Source: an uncultured Myxococcales bacterium (GTDB taxonomy: Bacteria; Myxococcota; UBA727; JABDBI01). Taken from it: DNA of 64,000 bases. The stretch covers positions 194,339 to 258,338 of the forward strand of contig CAYLLS010000001.1 in assembly GCA_964385015.1 (NCBI GenBank), in the 5' to 3' direction. Within the stretch, counting starts at the first letter, position 1. Each line of letters begins with the position of its first letter. The position numbers were made by a program, and so were the translations under genes. Below, piece by piece: positions 61,930-64,000 of the stretch. Under the pieces are notes generated by a model, which saw only the letters and a program-made list of their open reading frames with translations, searched no databases and was not told the origin of the DNA.

Positions 61930-63336
61930 TTATTTTTTATTAATAATTTTAAGTTCATTATTTCTAATGGATTGAGCAGAATATGGAAACCATCCTACAA
62001 AAAATTTAGATAATAGTATACATATAACAAATAATATCATTAAAATTAATGCTGGCAATAAAATTATATTATTAGCTACTAAAGTTGGCAAAAATGCTAC
62101 GATAATTAATTCTATAAAAGAAATGCCTATATATGCTATGCCAAAATCTTCAACAATTCTTGCTCTCATATTAGGATCAACAACTCTTAACAGAACAATA
62201 GATGTAGCAATAGATCCTGTATTCCATCCATACATCATTAATGATCTTTCAAACCAAAAGTTTTTATATATTTTTCTTCCTATAAACCACATTAAACAAA
62301 TTGTTACCATAGTGCCAAATCCAAATAAAAGTATTAATGGAAATATAAATTTTTCAATTACATTTAAAGTAATAGATGCTATTCCGAAAGCTATTAAATA
62401 ATCAGTAATTAAAGAACCTATTCTATTAATAAAATGTTGATCAATATATTCACCAAATTGCAATATATTAAAAATTTGTTGGAATATTCCACCTAAAATT
62501 AAAGCAATGCAAAATCCTGGTATATGATATGCATTCGGAAATATATTTTTTAATAAATCACTAATATAAAAAGCAAATACAGCAATTCCTAAAACTATAG
62601 CAAAATGCCAAGTAATAGAATCTAATGCAATAGGATTAACAGTTTCTTTACCTACAAATATTCTTTCTTTTTCAGGGATAAACCCAGTTTTAATGCTTTC
62701 AGGCATTTTATGCATAGATTTAACTATTCTAGACCATCCTAAGCGAATCCCTATATTAATAATAAACATGCCACCTAAAACACCTATTAATACTCCTATA
62801 GTAGCAGACGTATATCCTATTGATAAAGCTCCTATAAATCCATTATCTTCTAAAATTCCTGCAATAGCTGCTGCAGTGCCATGACCACCTATAAAACCAG
62901 CAGGTAATAATAATGCAAAAGCACAATGTAAATCTGGAAAAATAGGAGTTAAAATAAATAAACCAAAAAGAAGAGCAAAACCATATTGTCCAACTAATGA
63001 TGCTAAATTAAAAAATAATGTATCACCTACATCAGTTAAAATTTTATTAAAAGATATCTTATTTTTTCTTTTTCCTAAAAACAAAGTAGCAAAAAAAAAT
63101 ACAACTAAGACTGATGGATACTTCACTATATTTTGAATCTCATGAGGATTACCACTAAATGGCAAAATATCTAGAAATTGTGAACCACATATTAAAGCCA
63201 ATATGCCTGCAATAACTGCACTTGGCATATATGTATATTGTAAAAATTTTATGCGTGAACGTAATAATTGCGATATAATTATAAGAATTGATATAATCCC
63301 AAAATCTACAAGAACATCTCTATAGAGAGAGCTCAC
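61930..63336 (-). CDS. gltS: Sodium/glutamate symporter (GltS/ESS family)
   Basis: P.AVIAG, GFIGGHGTAAA, SATIGV..G..GG, G..TG...T...LLRVVDP; AAAGGAGG RBS before GTG start. Confidence 0.85.
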   Translation of the reverse strand: MSSLYRDVLVDFGIISILIIISQLLRSRIKFLQYTYMPSAVIAGILALICGSQFLDILPFSGNPHEIQNIVKYPSVLVVFFFATLFLGKRKNKISFNKILTDVGDTLFFNLASLVGQYGFALLFGLFILTPIFPDLHCAFALLLPAGFIGGHGTAAAIAGILEDNGFIGALSIGYTSATIGVLIGVLGGMFIINIGIRLGWSRIVKSMHKMPESIKTGFIPEKERIFVGKETVNPIALDSITWHFAIVLGIAVFAFYISDLLKNIFPNAYHIPGFCIALILGGIFQQIFNILQFGEYIDQHFINRIGSLITDYLIAFGIASITLNVIEKFIFPLILLFGFGTMVTICLMWFIGRKIYKNFWFERSLMMYGWNTGSIATSIVLLRVVDPNMRARIVEDFGIAYIGISFIELIIVAFLPTLVANNIILLPALILMILFVICILLSKFFVGWFPYSAQSIRNNELKIINKK

Positions 63337-63551
63337 AATGCCTCCTTTTATAATAATATATTAATATGTTTTATGTGCAAAAATTTATGAATAAATAAAT
63401 AATAAAAAGTACATTATAATAAAAATAATTTATATAAAACAAATTAATCTGATAACATTATTTCATATAATTTAAATTTTTGCAAATTTAATCTTTTGAT
63501 GTGATGCGTGTAACATTATTGTTATGAAATAATCTTATCTATAAAATGAGA

Positions 63552-64000
63552 TTATAAAACACGCATTTGAGGGAATAAAATAACATCTTTAATAGAATTA
63601 CTATTTGTTAATAACATAACTAAACGATCAATTCCAATTCCTTCACCAACAACTGGAGGCATGCCATATTCTAATGCTTCTATAAAATTATTATCTATAT
63701 CATGTTTTATATTATTATTGTTTATTTGTTTTTGAAAACGTTTTTTTTGATCTATAGGATCAGTTAATTCAGAAAATGCATTAGCTAATTCAAAACCTCC
63801 ACAAATAAGTTCAAATCTTTCAGCTAAAGATGGATCATTGTTTTTTCTTCTTGCTAATGGGCTTGTATTTATAGAAAAATCTGTAATAAAAGTTGGTTGA
63901 ATTAATGTATTTTCTATTTGATCTTCAAATACAGCATATAGTAAATGTAAGGCAATACTTCTTCTTTTAATTATATCATTAGTTAATATTTTATCAATTT
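63552..64000 (-). CDS. lysS: Lysine--tRNA ligase class II, 3' part (5' end beyond the right edge; absent from ORF track)
   Basis: Manual translation: QPTFITDF...SPLARR...ERFEL...[16 protein letters not shown]...[39 protein letters not shown]. Confidence 0.96.
   Translation of the reverse strand, partial: IDKILTNDIIKRRSIALHLLYAVFEDQIENTLIQPTFITDFSINTSPLARRKNNDPSLAERFELICGGFELANAFSELTDPIDQKKRFQKQINNNNIKHDIDNNFIEALEYGMPPVVGEGIGIDRLVMLLTNSNSIKDVILFPQMRVL

Noticed and set aside
18800-62884. Other short overlapping ORFs in the track (e.g. 18800-19045, 19328-19570, 23716-23928, 25325-25684, 28875-29069, 39167-39421, 45873-46172, 49158-49451, 51538-51753, 58359-58922, 62123-62401)
   Set aside because: They overlap confidently called genes on the opposite strand or in another frame and show no independent protein signal
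1-64000. Full genetic code 4 or 25 (TGA as a sense codon genome-wide)
   Set aside because: All other long genes are open under code 11 with Trp as TGG, and TGA occurs in ordinary ATGA stop/start overlaps; only one internal TGA was found
1-64000. CRISPR arrays, IS elements, prophage or defence systems
   Set aside because: No regularly spaced repeats, transposase, integrase or phage-like ORFs were seen; nearly all sequence is accounted for by called genes

Overview
Gene-dense 64 kb of an extremely AT-rich (roughly 20-25% GC by eye, not computed), compacted bacterial chromosome with the features of a reduced intracellular symbiont: N/K/I/Y-biased proteins, broken ancestral operons, abutting or overlapping gene ends and no mobile elements. 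The RpoB and RpoC N-termini ([15 protein letters not shown]...) resemble deltaproteobacterial/Myxococcota proteins. Core genes include rpoBC, six aminoacyl-tRNA synthetases, tgt-yajC-secDF, tmRNA, tRNA-Leu, ligA, a full SUF operon, tatBC, lepB, sucCD, ndk, gmk and lipA. Among them is a well-preserved set of host-interface genes: (i) an apparent operon of an animal-type (EF-hand plus ankyrin) glutaminase, type II glutamine synthetase and an Amt ammonium channel with no GlnK, converging on a DASS dicarboxylate transporter; (ii) an NTT/TLC ATP/ADP translocase; (iii) a GltS-family glutamate symporter, SCOT-type CoA transferase and a nucleoside-scavenging operon. Together these suggest a mitochondrion-like glutamine/nitrogen and ATP exchange module (inference). 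There are two reading-frame anomalies: an in-frame TGA at a conserved Trp of nupC and a one-base frameshift in an A10 tract of gmk. All calls come from motif recognition; no database searches were run.
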